DNA of 64,000 bases from IMG/VR virus record IMGVR_UViG_3300033076_001039, positions 64,110 through 128,109 of that record; one strand, given 5' to 3'. The DNA comes from a virus (taxonomy: Duplodnaviria > Caudoviricetes). The stretch's first letter is position 1. Each line of letters opens with the position of its first letter. The position numbers were made by a program, and so were the translations under genes. Below are positions 1 to 9,966 of this stretch, in pieces. The notes below the pieces were generated by a model. That model did not search any database. It worked only from the letters and a program-made list of their open reading frames with translations, and had not been told where the DNA came from.

Positions 1-378
1 TATTTTTGCATCATGAAGTAGAAACACTTTAGACATAACTAATGGATTGTAGTTTTCTAATCTACCTTGAGTCGATTCTTTTAACCATCCTGCCAAGTTC
101 TGCCAATTTTCATCTGTCCTAATTTCTTGGATTTTATTAAAGAATTCTGAGTCAGTAAACCAAGACATAGGTCTTAATATGAATTGAGTATTTTCATGAC
201 TCCTTCTTTCAAATACAAATGTTTGAAGTTCTTCATCACCAAAAATAATCATGTTCTCCTCACATTTAAGCAATTGCTCAAACTTATCTAAATAATGTTG
301 GAATGGTCTTGACCATCCTTCGGATAATTGACCTCTACCAATATCCCAAATACCTGTTACTAAAGTTATATTACTCAT
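1..378 (-). CDS. HtrL/YibB (WlaTC)-family putative glycosyltransferase, partial (runs off window edge)
   Basis: Not in ORF track. Manual translation from ATG at 378: MSNITLVTGIWDIGRGQLSEGWSRPFQHYLDKFEQLL...YNPLVMSKVFLLHDAKI; 'ITLVT..WDIGR' and 'Y..+..SK' are typical of the HtrL N-terminus. ATG overlaps the stop of the upstream gene. Confidence 0.7.
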   Translation of the reverse strand, partial: MSNITLVTGIWDIGRGQLSEGWSRPFQHYLDKFEQLLKCEENMIIFGDEELQTFVFERRSHENTQFILRPMSWFTDSEFFNKIQEIRTDENWQNLAGWLKESTQGRLENYNPLVMSKVFLLHDAKI

Positions 379-1252
379 ATATTCTATTAAATTCTTCTAA
401 TATTTTATAAAAACTTTTATTTTGTTCAAACAATTCATCAGTTACACCCGCAGGTGCATTGTCTCTACACCACCAAATGTCAAAGTGTTTACGTTCAAAT
501 AAATCACGATGATTGACATACATTAAAGACATCACGTGTTCTTCGTGTGGTAAACCTTTGTCTTCTTCAATAATTCTTTTTGTGTAATCCTCAAACAAGT
601 TAACAACTGTGTCCCACTTATCTCTATGACCACCAAACATACCACCAATGACGTGGATACTTCTATCGTATTCAGTATACCATTTTCTATCAACAGTACC
701 TGACCAATAGTTACGGTCATTTTCTTTACCAAGGATTAAAAATTTATCACCAGTATCTTCAATAACATTTTTAAGAAAGTCGTTATTAAATAAATTACTT
801 TCATAGTATCTGCCTTGAGGGTGTTGACTTGTCAAATATTTTAAAGGAATTAATCCACAATGAGATAAACCAGCGTCTATCCAATAATAGTAGTCGTAAG
901 ATTTATCTTCATTCCACCACCAATGGAATTTACTATATTGAACCTCAATACATCTATCAGATTTTTTAGTTTCTTCAATATTTTTATACTGATTAATCAA
1001 ATCTTTAAATTTGGTATTACCAATATCAAAAATTTTAAATTCTAATTTCTCGGGTGATATATTATTTTCATTATAAAAAAACTCTTTTAATGAGTCTATT
1101 TCTCTATCTGAAGTATAACACAAAAAATCTGCATCGGTCATTTTTAGTAATGATAGAAGACTATATCTATAGTGTCCTCCTCTACCTACTCGACCTCCGA
1201 ATTCCGTACCATACAAATCGCTGTAAATTGATGTAATAAATTTAACTGACAT
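371..1252 (-). CDS. HtrL/YibB-like putative glycosyltransferase
   Basis: Motifs YSKF, YYWIDAGLSH, IGGMFGG, EEHVM. Start moved to ATG 1252 (MSVKFIT), which overlaps the GT25 stop. Confidence 0.65.
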   Translation of the reverse strand: MSVKFITSIYSDLYGTEFGGRVGRGGHYRYSLLSLLKMTDADFLCYTSDREIDSLKEFFYNENNISPEKLEFKIFDIGNTKFKDLINQYKNIEETKKSDRCIEVQYSKFHWWWNEDKSYDYYYWIDAGLSHCGLIPLKYLTSQHPQGRYYESNLFNNDFLKNVIEDTGDKFLILGKENDRNYWSGTVDRKWYTEYDRSIHVIGGMFGGHRDKWDTVVNLFEDYTKRIIEEDKGLPHEEHVMSLMYVNHRDLFERKHFDIWWCRDNAPAGVTDELFEQNKSFYKILEEFNRIYE

Positions 1253-1985
1253 AATACACTTCTTTATATTCTTTATTGTTTTTAATTTCTTGATTTCTGT
1301 ATTGGTCCATGAATTCACCAGGAATCTTTACAGGACTAAAGACATTCCAGTTATAAGTTTGTAAATAAAAATTATTATACACTCCATCTGAAATATTAGA
1401 CAAATCATTTCCTTGGGGTGCAACTGGTAAAATAGGACAGTAACTTTGGTATTTAGATATTATAAATTGGAAAATAAAATCGTCTATCGCATAAAAATAG
1501 TCTCCACTTGGAAATGCGGTTTCTTTTATTTCGAATAATTTATCGTAAATTGATTCATCAAAAATAATCATATTACATGCGTATATGTCCCGTAAATGTT
1601 CAGGTTTTTCAGGTAAATTAGTCATGTCCAATAACATATCATTATCTGAAGACATATTAATGTGTCTATTTAAAGTCGGTGCCAAATTAAACACACCAAA
1701 TTCTAAACCCTCACATTTTTCTTCTAATTTGGTTAATAAATCTTTGGCATACGGCATAAAACCAATATCATCTTCAATAACCATAACCCGTGGGTATTTA
1801 CGTTCTTTAGCGATTTTAATAATTTCTAAAATTGAACGGGTAATACCCATATAAGAATTGGTATCTATTGCTTTAAAGACTTCATAGTCCCATCCAATAT
1901 ATTCCATCTCCTTTTTAACTTTCTCAAGTCTATCGGGTCTTCTTTCTAAATTGACTACGAATTTAGGTATATTATTGAATTTCAT
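1242..1985 (-). CDS. GT25-family glycosyltransferase
   Basis: N-terminal FVVNLERRPDR and VMVIEDD motifs. Confidence 0.8.
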   Translation of the reverse strand: MKFNNIPKFVVNLERRPDRLEKVKKEMEYIGWDYEVFKAIDTNSYMGITRSILEIIKIAKERKYPRVMVIEDDIGFMPYAKDLLTKLEEKCEGLEFGVFNLAPTLNRHINMSSDNDMLLDMTNLPEKPEHLRDIYACNMIIFDESIYDKLFEIKETAFPSGDYFYAIDDFIFQFIISKYQSYCPILPVAPQGNDLSNISDGVYNNFYLQTYNWNVFSPVKIPGEFMDQYRNQEIKNNKEYKEVYYVS

Positions 1986-3250
1986 TAACTAACGTGATTG
2001 TGAGTTAATCGACCTGTAATTCTATCACACCATCCTTTGGATTCTGAGTGAGGCCATACCACCCAATAAGATGGCATCTCATCAGTTTGGAATTCTCTCC
2101 ATACTTTACAATAACCGTCAGGGTCTCTCATGAAACCTGCAATTTCATTTTTGTCCGCATCTTTACGGAAAAGAGTATCATCTTTATCATTGTGGAATGC
2201 AACAACCCAAAAGTCATAATCAGTTTCAGGTACTTGGGAATACCCAATATCGATACAATGTTTAAACATCATACAGAAACTATCCTTCCATTCTTGTTCA
2301 GTTTCAAAATTGTATGGATTTGGAGGATAATTTTTATCTAAAGTATATTTGTCAATCGCACGTTTTTCAAATAAAATGCCCGCATATTTTTCATAGTCAG
2401 TCAAAGTTCTAACAGGACCAAAACCATAAGGTCCATCATGACCCTCTTGTTTTTCACCATCCATACCAAACAATTTTCTGTTTGTTAAATGTGAATGAGT
2501 ATTTCTTTGACCCCAAGTCTTATCATCATCCCACTGTTTTGTTCTACCCTTACGAGTGTACTCATGGTAAACAACAGGAATGTGTGGGTGGAATAAATCA
2601 TATCCCCAAGTGTAAGCTCTTGCTGCAATTGAAATTTCTTCTCCGTGGAAATAATATTCAGGGTTGTGTTGAACTTCAGTTGAGAATTGTCCTAATGTGA
2701 AACAGAAGTGAGCTGAGTAGAATCTTGCAGTAACAGGTTTTTTCATCTCTTTCCAACCTGGAATTGTTTCAGGTAAGAAGAATACCGCACCTTCAGGAAT
2801 GAATCGGTCAAACACCATTCTCCAAGCATCTGTTGCTCTTCCCGCAGGGTCATTATCGGGGTCAAAAGAAGGAACGTAGCCCGTAAGTAGAGGCTTCTTA
2901 TACCCGTCCTTCTGTAACCCCTTTATCATTTTGATAAGGATGTCATCCCAATCCTTAACAAATCTCATATGAGAATCAATTTGTAATGTATAAGTTTCTC
3001 CTTTATATAGTTGTTGTACTTGATGTCTTGCCCAACATACCCCTTTGGCATCTTGATAAGGAATATCTAATATTCTAAATCTTTTGTCGTTTCTATATTC
3101 GTCTAAATTATCAAACCCATCTTCTTCACTGTATTGTCTTGCAATACCAATAACAAGGTTATTCGGTTTCTTGGCATTTGCCAACATGTCTTTAATGGTG
3201 GGGACCAACTGTGGGTCGCGGTACGATGCAATCTGAACAAAAATTTTCAT
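1985..3250 (-). CDS. GT60-family polypeptide alpha-GlcNAc transferase-like protein (Skp1/mucin GlcNAc-T family), soluble
   Basis: IFVQIASYRD, GVCWAR, LQIDSHMRF (DxH), F.GEEI...ARA.T.G+D motifs. No TM anchor; extra C-terminal domain. Confidence 0.85.
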   Translation of the reverse strand: MKIFVQIASYRDPQLVPTIKDMLANAKKPNNLVIGIARQYSEEDGFDNLDEYRNDKRFRILDIPYQDAKGVCWARHQVQQLYKGETYTLQIDSHMRFVKDWDDILIKMIKGLQKDGYKKPLLTGYVPSFDPDNDPAGRATDAWRMVFDRFIPEGAVFFLPETIPGWKEMKKPVTARFYSAHFCFTLGQFSTEVQHNPEYYFHGEEISIAARAYTWGYDLFHPHIPVVYHEYTRKGRTKQWDDDKTWGQRNTHSHLTNRKLFGMDGEKQEGHDGPYGFGPVRTLTDYEKYAGILFEKRAIDKYTLDKNYPPNPYNFETEQEWKDSFCMMFKHCIDIGYSQVPETDYDFWVVAFHNDKDDTLFRKDADKNEIAGFMRDPDGYCKVWREFQTDEMPSYWVVWPHSESKGWCDRITGRLTHNHVS

Positions 3251-3275
3251 GTAATATTATTTTATATATAAAAAT

Positions 3276-3306
3276 AAAAAACCCTCCACGAAGGTGAAGG
3301 GTTTTT
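3276..3306 (-). terminator. Rho-independent terminator between mucin-like genes and GT60
   Basis: AAAAAACCCT-CCAC-GAAG-GTG-AAGGGTTTTT hairpin with A/T tails. Confidence 0.7.
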
Positions 3307-3327
3307 GTTTATATTAGTTTTGTTTTT

Positions 3328-4434
3328 TTAACATCCGTTAGGGTCACCACTTGTGATTAACCCTGCTCCACCTGTCACTAAGTACCATCCTGTACCGTTA
3401 GAGTAATAACCGTTAGATGCTGGAGTAGTTAATGATGTGTCAGTATAGATTGTATCACCTACGTTAAGAGGGTTTAATGATGGTGACAAGTAGTAGTTTG
3501 TAGTTGAACCTGAACAAGCTGCTGCTGATGAACCAGCATCATAAGATAAACTATACACATAATATCCTACTGTCGGTGTTGGTGAAGGAGTATTTGTTGT
3601 TGTCGCTGTTGGAGTTTGAGTATTAGTTGGAGTTGGTGTTGGAGTTTCTGAACTTGTTGGTGTTGGAGTTAATGTTGGTAATGAAGAACAAAGTGTAAAT
3701 CCTCCTTGTTCAGTACCTGTAGAATCTAAATAAACCACAAGACCTGCATTTGCATAATAACCTGTCATGTCGATTGTTACAGGACCTGTAATTGAATTAA
3801 AGAATTGGGTGTTATTATCAAATATTGGATTTTCAGCATATATTATACCTGAAACTCCGAAATCACATGCAACATTTGAAGTTGAACCTGATGTTACGTT
3901 AAACGCGACTCTAACATTTGTAGGTGTCGGAGTTGGAGTTTCTGTATTAGTTGGAGTTTGAGTGTTAGTAGGGGTTTGAGTGTTAGTTGGTGTTGATGTG
4001 TTAGTAGGGGTTTGAGTATTAGTTGGAGTTTGGGTTGGAGTTTCTGTATTAGTAGGGGTTTGAGTATTAGTAGGGGTTTGAGTATTAGTTGGAGTTTGAG
4101 TATTGGTTGGTGTTTGAGTATTAGTTGGTGTATTAGTTGGGGTTGGTGTGTTAGTTGCCGTATTGCTTGGTGTTGGCGTATTAGTTGGTGTGGTACTTGG
4201 AGTCATTGTTGGTGTTGGTGATGGGTAAACTGGTGGGAATACCTCACTTGTTAACACAACATTACTTTGATAAATTGGCGCGATTGAATACGTACCATTA
4301 ATTAACCAAATATTTTTTGTTTGATTAGGGTTTAATTCTACCTGGTATTCCCACATAGAATCGTCACATCTTCTATAATTAAAATTTATTATAGTTGAAC
4401 CAGTGTTCGTCAAAGTATATTTACTACAAGCCAT
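3328..4434 (-). CDS. Thr/Pro-rich mucin-like virion protein with Cys-containing globular modules
   Basis: (TPTNTQ)n tracts separating three small Cys domains; TATTTATA upstream; no signal peptide. Confidence 0.7.
   Translation of the reverse strand: MACSKYTLTNTGSTIINFNYRRCDDSMWEYQVELNPNQTKNIWLINGTYSIAPIYQSNVVLTSEVFPPVYPSPTPTMTPSTTPTNTPTPSNTATNTPTPTNTPTNTQTPTNTQTPTNTQTPTNTQTPTNTETPTQTPTNTQTPTNTSTPTNTQTPTNTQTPTNTETPTPTPTNVRVAFNVTSGSTSNVACDFGVSGIIYAENPIFDNNTQFFNSITGPVTIDMTGYYANAGLVVYLDSTGTEQGGFTLCSSLPTLTPTPTSSETPTPTPTNTQTPTATTTNTPSPTPTVGYYVYSLSYDAGSSAAACSGSTTNYYLSPSLNPLNVGDTIYTDTSLTTPASNGYYSNGTGWYLVTGGAGLITSGDPNGC
3945..4130. repeat. 18-bp tandem repeats encoding TPTNTQ
   Basis: Repeated ggggtttgagtattagta / ggagtttgagtgttagta units. 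Confidence 0.85.
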
Positions 4435-4450
4435 CGTTTTTTTCTTTAAA

Positions 4451-4458
4451 TATAAATA
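4451..4458 (-). promoter_or_regulatory. TATTTATA putative late promoter
   Basis: Coding-strand TATTTATA 16 nt upstream of ATG 4434; one of about 17 similarly placed copies. Confidence 0.6.
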
Positions 4459-4461
4459 GTG

Positions 4462-4674
4462 TTAATTAGGTGGAAATACACCTTCATTTACCAAAACAAC
4501 GCTAGCTCTGAATAACGGTGCAATGGAATAAGTGTCGTTTATCAACCAAATATTTTTAGTTTGATTTGGTTCCAATTCAACTTGATATTCCCACATAGAG
4601 TCGTCACATCTTCTGTAGTTGAAATTTACTTGGGTTGTCCCAGTGTTTGTTAGATTATATTTACTACAAGCCAT
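4462..4674 (-). CDS. Small protein; stand-alone paralog of the N-terminal domain of 3328-4434
   Basis: Both begin [47 protein letters not shown]. Confidence 0.8.
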   Translation of the reverse strand: MACSKYNLTNTGTTQVNFNYRRCDDSMWEYQVELEPNQTKNIWLINDTYSIAPLFRASVVLVNEGVFPPN

Positions 4675-4695
4675 AATTTATTTTTTTAATTTCTA

Positions 4696-6453
4696 TTAGT
4701 CAATTGCAACTATAATTGGTGTTGTTGCATTTATAAATACATTAGTAAATGTGTATGTTGCAGTTGTTGCAGATATACCATATACTGTTTGGTTTAAGTT
4801 CGAATCTCGAACTCTAAGATTATTAAATGCAACGTTATTAGTGGTAACTCCTACCTCAACAGTATATGTTCCACCAAATTGAGTTGTTGAGAATATACTG
4901 TTACCAACAGGAATGTATGGTACTGGGAAATCAGGAGGAGATACGTTAGTTACTAAAACTGAATTTATAGTTATTCCTGATATCTGAGAACCGTTTGTTG
5001 AATCGTTATTTCCAACATATAAAATAACATTTGATATTGTGGATGTTGGAGTAACTGTTGGAGTATTAGTAGGTGTACCTGTTGGAGTTGTGGTATTTGT
5101 TGGTGTTTGAGTATTAGTTGTGGTATTTGTTGGTGTTGGAGTGTTAGTTTCAGTATTTGTTGGTGTGTTAGTAGGTGTTGGTGTAGAGGTGCTTGTTTGT
5201 GTCGGTGTTACAGTTGGTAGACCTGAACAAAGAGATACGATTCCAGCAATACCTAAAGAATCCACGTCAATTACCAAACCTCCGTTGGCATAATATCCTG
5301 TCATATCTATTGTAACAGGACCTGTCGGATTATTGAAGAATTGCGAGTTGTTATCAAATACAGGGTCTTCACCATATATTGTACCCGAATCTCCAAAGTC
5401 ACATGCGATATTTGCAGTTACTCCTGAAGTAATACTAAATGAAGTTCTATTTCTTGTTGGAGTTACAGTATTTGTTGGAGTATTAGTTGGAGTTTCAGTA
5501 TTAGTTGGGGTTTGTGTAGTAGTGTTAGTTGGGGTATTTGTTTGTGTTGGTGTACTTGTGTTAGTTGGTGTAATTGTGTTAGTCGGAGTATTAGTTGGTG
5601 TTGCAGTATTTGTTGGTGTTACACTTGGGGTATTAGTAGGTGTTGAGGTATTTGTTGCGGTATTAGTTGGCGTTGGTGTTTTTGTTGCAGTATTGGTTGG
5701 AGTCGCAGTTGGGGTAGGTAATGGACATCCACCCAAATAAGTTGCACTACCATCTCCGTCAATAATTGTGACAGATTCTGCACAGTAGATAACACTATCA
5801 AGAACATTAACTGTAAATTCAACAATAACTCCTTCACAGTTTCTAACACCAAATCTAGTGTCATTATTAACACCACCAAATAATAGGAATGTTTTACAAA
5901 TTGCGTTTGTTGGTGTTTGAGTATTAGTTGGAGTGTTTGTTGGTGTTGTAGTTGGCGTTGAGGTATTGGTTGGTGTTTGAGTATTAGTTGGCGTATTAGT
6001 CGGAGTTGTTGTTGGTGTTTCAGTGTTAGTCGGTGTGTTTGTTGGTGTTATAGATGGCGTTGGTGTATTACTTGAAGTTGCAGTTGGTGTCAACCCAACG
6101 GTTACTGATGGTGTTGGAGTTGAAGTATTAGTAGGTGTAACTGTAGGTGTTGAAGTGTTAGTTGGTGTTTGTGTTGTAGTTTCCGTAGGTGTTGGACTTA
6201 AACCTGGAGTAACTGTTGGAGTTTGAGTATTTGTTGGTGTTGGACTTGGTGTAGGTCCTGGTACCACAATAGAATAATTATACCCATATAATGGAACATA
6301 ACAGTTATATGTACCGTAGTAATAATCTGAAATATAATTAAAAGGAAATATTTGAGAACCTAAATCAATCGTACCTCCCGTGTCAGGTAAATACGTAACA
6401 TTTGCGGTTTGACCACTCAAATCATCACTTAAAATTCTTACTCCAATTGCCAT
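4696..6453 (-). CDS. Large Thr/Pro mucin-like virion protein
   Basis: Three long TPTNT tracts between globular modules shared with 3328-4434 and 55676-56908. Confidence 0.75.
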   Translation of the reverse strand: MAIGVRILSDDLSGQTANVTYLPDTGGTIDLGSQIFPFNYISDYYYGTYNCYVPLYGYNYSIVVPGPTPSPTPTNTQTPTVTPGLSPTPTETTTQTPTNTSTPTVTPTNTSTPTPSVTVGLTPTATSSNTPTPSITPTNTPTNTETPTTTPTNTPTNTQTPTNTSTPTTTPTNTPTNTQTPTNAICKTFLLFGGVNNDTRFGVRNCEGVIVEFTVNVLDSVIYCAESVTIIDGDGSATYLGGCPLPTPTATPTNTATKTPTPTNTATNTSTPTNTPSVTPTNTATPTNTPTNTITPTNTSTPTQTNTPTNTTTQTPTNTETPTNTPTNTVTPTRNRTSFSITSGVTANIACDFGDSGTIYGEDPVFDNNSQFFNNPTGPVTIDMTGYYANGGLVIDVDSLGIAGIVSLCSGLPTVTPTQTSTSTPTPTNTPTNTETNTPTPTNTTTNTQTPTNTTTPTGTPTNTPTVTPTSTISNVILYVGNNDSTNGSQISGITINSVLVTNVSPPDFPVPYIPVGNSIFSTTQFGGTYTVEVGVTTNNVAFNNLRVRDSNLNQTVYGISATTATYTFTNVFINATTPIIVAID

Positions 6454-6456
6454 GTC

Positions 6457-6464
6457 TATAAATA
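6457..6464 (-). promoter_or_regulatory. TATTTATA putative late promoter
   Basis: 3 nt upstream of ATG 6453. Confidence 0.6.
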
Positions 6465-6479
6465 CTTATTTTTTTTATT

Positions 6480-7043
6480 TTATCCACACACGCCGACATT
6501 AATAATTAGAGTACCTGAAATTTGAATAAATCTCGCACCATTTGATATTGTTGATACAGGGTTAGTTGGTGGTATTGTTAAAACTTCGTTACCATAAACG
6601 TTATCTCCCACTTGTAAATTACCGAATTCTTTTAATGAATATATTGTCACATTTGCAGGATTTGCAAACATGTTTACAGAATTACATACATCTTGATAAT
6701 ATCCACCACCTCTTAAGTTATAACGATAAATTATAACAGGAGTTCGAGTCGGTGTAGGCGTTTGAGTTGGAGTTACTGATGTTTGAGTCGGGGTTGGGGT
6801 TACTGATGTTTGAGTTGGAGTCGGAGTTATTGTCGGAGTTGGTGTATTTGATGGACATACTCCCATATTAACAACGTCCAACGGAGCTGCGTAGTTCTCC
6901 ACATATAATCCATCGGCACACACATAACTGGTTTGCAGTGGGTTTACTCCCGTAACACTGACAATACCAGTACACCCTGTCCATCGATAAAAACCTTCTT
7001 GGACATTATTGTAATTGGTTATTCTATAGTAATAGCAACTCAT
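6480..7043 (-). CDS. Thr/Pro-linker protein with two Cys modules
   Basis: TPTPTQTSV repeats flanked by Cys-containing domains. Confidence 0.7.
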   Translation of the reverse strand: MSCYYYRITNYNNVQEGFYRWTGCTGIVSVTGVNPLQTSYVCADGLYVENYAAPLDVVNMGVCPSNTPTPTITPTPTQTSVTPTPTQTSVTPTQTPTPTRTPVIIYRYNLRGGGYYQDVCNSVNMFANPANVTIYSLKEFGNLQVGDNVYGNEVLTIPPTNPVSTISNGARFIQISGTLIINVGVCG

Positions 7044-7045
7044 TA

Positions 7046-9001
7046 TTATAGTGTTTGATAATATAAATCATTCGCAGGTACACTCAAATAATACAAATCA
7101 TTTCTTGGTATGAATATATAAACCAAATCATTTGCAGGTATTTGAATTCTACAGTTAAGACAATCAGGATTTAATAAATCGTATTTTGCCTGAAGTATTC
7201 TGAAATTATGTTTTATTTGAGAAGCGTTCAATGGTTCTGTATACATTCTAAATGCACTAATATCTCCAATCATACTTCCACCAAAATATTCTTCTAATTT
7301 AACATGTGTTGTTAATCCTGAATATATCGTATGATTTAAATCGTATGTCGTTAAACATTCAGGGTCTTGTTGGTAAACAATTTCATCGATTGTTTCAGGA
7401 CATCCACCTGAGAAAGTTAAATTATCGTGTAGTCCTTGAGTTCCTCCTCCGATTGAAATGTTATATCCGACCCCAATTTGTTTTTCTTTCTCAACATTTA
7501 AAAGTCTTGGAATTATCTCTTCAAAGTTTTCCGTTACCATGAATAACTTTCCATTAACATAAAATTTAAGTGTACCTAATCTATATTTTTGTTCTTCGGT
7601 CCACATGTCGTTAAATGTTACTACTTCAGTCGATGCTGGGTCATAAGGTTGTTCACGAGTTATTGGAGGTTCAATAAGAGTAACACTTCTATTTTCTAAA
7701 GTTGCAAAATAAACATCCTTAACTAACAGACCTAACCCACCTTTATCGTATAAGTCACAGGTGTCAAACCATTCATATCTTTGGAATACCGCATCAATTT
7801 GAACCCAATGTTCGACATTTTGATATGTTGTTCCTGAACAATCATCAAAGATTCCTCTCGTTGAGCACCATTCGGTTAGTGATGTTCCTGTCACATAAGT
7901 TAAACCTGTAAGACAAGTTCCAGTACTTTCACACCCACCAGTTATTCTGTATGTTTTCACACATAATCTTGGACTACCTGTGTCCCCACTTAATCTTAAT
8001 GATAGGGCATTTGAAACCCCATCATATAACGGGTCTTTTTCAGGGTACTTGGCAGTTGTGGTACAATCACAAGGACATCCACAAGTACAAGTTGTTATTG
8101 TCCCACCTGAAGGTTGGTAAACCTGCATACAATCCGAAGATGTGTTTGCGGTACTCGCACAACCACAAGTGTGCATACAAGTCAAACCTGATGTAACTCT
8201 TGTATATCCCGTATCTTGAACAGGACTACCATCAGCATAATGATAGAATTTATTCTCGGCTCTTGCCCCCATATAAAAGAATGTTCCTTTATTATCAGGG
8301 TATCTTGCGTTTAATCCAACAGACGTATCACCTGTCCATCTATATTTTAATAAAAACTCTGCGGTCCAACCTAACGGAACTCTTTGTGGGAATACTTGAT
8401 AGTCATATCCCGCCAATTTATAAAACCCTTGGAAAAACCCTCCATTTAATCTCGCAACATATCCAACGTCGCCACCAGTATTCACATAAGATAAATTATA
8501 CGAATACGAATTATCATTCCATAAACGATTTGAGGTTGTTGTAAATCCTGTGATAGGGTGAAGTTTCATTCTCCTATCATATTTATATCTACTGTATTTG
8601 TCTGAATTATTGGTATATAAACCTGTAGTGATTTGAATAGTTTCTCCTGACATGTTTTGAACTAAACCATTATCAATACCTGTCAATCCTACATCACATA
8701 AATTTGTTACGATTGGACAAAAGTTAGGGTCAACATCATCAGGGTTCCAATAATTTTCTGAAACAATAGTTTGATAATCAAAAGAACATGCAGATGTTTG
8801 ACAAAGAGTTGTTCCCGAACTATTGAAATCAAATTTAAATGGCATTCTATTACCATCGTTCACACCAATCAAAAATGGTGAAAAAACGACTTCTTGGTCA
8901 TAATCCCTCTCGTCCGATGCTAAACAAATATCGGTTACTTCGTTCACAGGTTTTATCCCCCATCTACGAAAATTATACTGATTAATATTCTGATATGCCA
9001 T
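7046..9001 (-). CDS. Putative structural protein with LamG/concanavalin-like fold, Cys-rich
   Basis: C-terminal LKFYVNG...ISIGG...IGDISAFRMYTEPLNASQI.HNF is typical of LamG-like phage proteins; many TG/SG dipeptides. Confidence 0.55.
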   Translation of the reverse strand: MAYQNINQYNFRRWGIKPVNEVTDICLASDERDYDQEVVFSPFLIGVNDGNRMPFKFDFNSSGTTLCQTSACSFDYQTIVSENYWNPDDVDPNFCPIVTNLCDVGLTGIDNGLVQNMSGETIQITTGLYTNNSDKYSRYKYDRRMKLHPITGFTTTSNRLWNDNSYSYNLSYVNTGGDVGYVARLNGGFFQGFYKLAGYDYQVFPQRVPLGWTAEFLLKYRWTGDTSVGLNARYPDNKGTFFYMGARAENKFYHYADGSPVQDTGYTRVTSGLTCMHTCGCASTANTSSDCMQVYQPSGGTITTCTCGCPCDCTTTAKYPEKDPLYDGVSNALSLRLSGDTGSPRLCVKTYRITGGCESTGTCLTGLTYVTGTSLTEWCSTRGIFDDCSGTTYQNVEHWVQIDAVFQRYEWFDTCDLYDKGGLGLLVKDVYFATLENRSVTLIEPPITREQPYDPASTEVVTFNDMWTEEQKYRLGTLKFYVNGKLFMVTENFEEIIPRLLNVEKEKQIGVGYNISIGGGTQGLHDNLTFSGGCPETIDEIVYQQDPECLTTYDLNHTIYSGLTTHVKLEEYFGGSMIGDISAFRMYTEPLNASQIKHNFRILQAKYDLLNPDCLNCRIQIPANDLVYIFIPRNDLYYLSVPANDLYYQTL

Positions 9002-9009
9002 ATACTAAT

Positions 9010-9038
9010 GATAAATACCTTATGAGCTAGTATTTATA
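9010..9038. promoter_or_regulatory. Back-to-back divergent TATTTAT promoters
   Basis: ATAAATA at 9011-9017 (serves minus gene 9001) and TATTTATA at 9031-9038 (serves plus gene 9055). Confidence 0.65.
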
Positions 9039-9054
9039 GATAAAAAAAGAAGAG

Positions 9055-9966
9055 ATGATTAATACAGACCAAGAATTTTATTCGTCACCATATTATTTTT
9101 TATTGAGAGATAAAGGAAATAAGTATTCTTTATACTTCTCAGTGGAAGGAAATTTGAATGAAGCTCGTGAAAAAGATGAGGTAATTCATTTTGAAAAAAA
9201 CAAAGGTGAAAAAGTTAAGAAACACCTGAAAAAAGTTGCCAAAGAGAAAAAAATTAAATCCACTAAAGGATTGAAAAAAGATTTGGAAGAATTGGTAAAC
9301 TTGGATGGGGCGTTGTCTAATTCAAAAATTCCAATCCTTGACCCAAGATTACACCCACAGAAAACCATGGACCAAACTGTTGCTGCCGCAAGAATTACCA
9401 ACGACCCAATTTCTCGTGGATATAGAACATATTATGGGGAATCTGTTGAGGAATCTATCTGTCCTGAACATATTAGTCCGAGTGGTAGAAAAACAAATAT
9501 GTGTCCTGATGATGATGACTATGAAATCAATTATGGTAAAAATGCGCCTAAACTTAAAGAAATTGATATGTCAGGGGCATTTGGGTATGAAGAAACTGAA
9601 GATATGGATGGTGAAGAAACTTTCAAATATTTAGTTAAAAAAATGGGTATGGAACCTGATGAGGCGAAAGAAAGAACAAAACAAAAAGGTCAAGACCCTA
9701 CAGGTAATAAAGACAAAAAATCACCATACTATAAAGATAAAAATTTTATCACAAGAGCAACTTTATCTGAAATCCAAAAACAAAAGATGATTAAAGTTGT
9801 GGAAGATATTTTAATGAAGAAAAAAAATTCAGACGATTCTGAAGTCGGTAAAAAAGATACTGAAGTTTCAAAAGTATTGAAAAAAAATATTTCATCATTA
9901 AAGAAACAAGCAGAAAAGGAAGGTATTTCTATTTCTGAATTACTTAAAATGTTAAAAAGTGAATAA
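9055..9966 (+). CDS. Hypothetical protein, candidate internal head protein
   Basis: Long Lys/Glu-rich ORF with several L/V-x-E sites (LNE, VEE, LKE, LSE). Confidence 0.6.
   Translation: MINTDQEFYSSPYYFLLRDKGNKYSLYFSVEGNLNEAREKDEVIHFEKNKGEKVKKHLKKVAKEKKIKSTKGLKKDLEELVNLDGALSNSKIPILDPRLHPQKTMDQTVAAARITNDPISRGYRTYYGESVEESICPEHISPSGRKTNMCPDDDDYEINYGKNAPKLKEIDMSGAFGYEETEDMDGEETFKYLVKKMGMEPDEAKERTKQKGQDPTGNKDKKSPYYKDKNFITRATLSEIQKQKMIKVVEDILMKKKNSDDSEVGKKDTEVSKVLKKNISSLKKQAEKEGISISELLKMLKSE

Noticed and set aside
3767-6226. Plus-strand Val/Gly- or Cys/Trp-rich ORFs (3767, 4012, 5333, 6023; also 55824, 55835)
   Set aside because: Antisense shadows of the Thr/Pro repeats.
3945-6260. Regular GT-rich repeats as a possible CRISPR array or DGR template
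   Set aside because: Units are multiples of 3 that vary at synonymous positions and encode TP tracts; there are no unique spacers, no A-specific mismatch pattern and no reverse transcriptase in the window.
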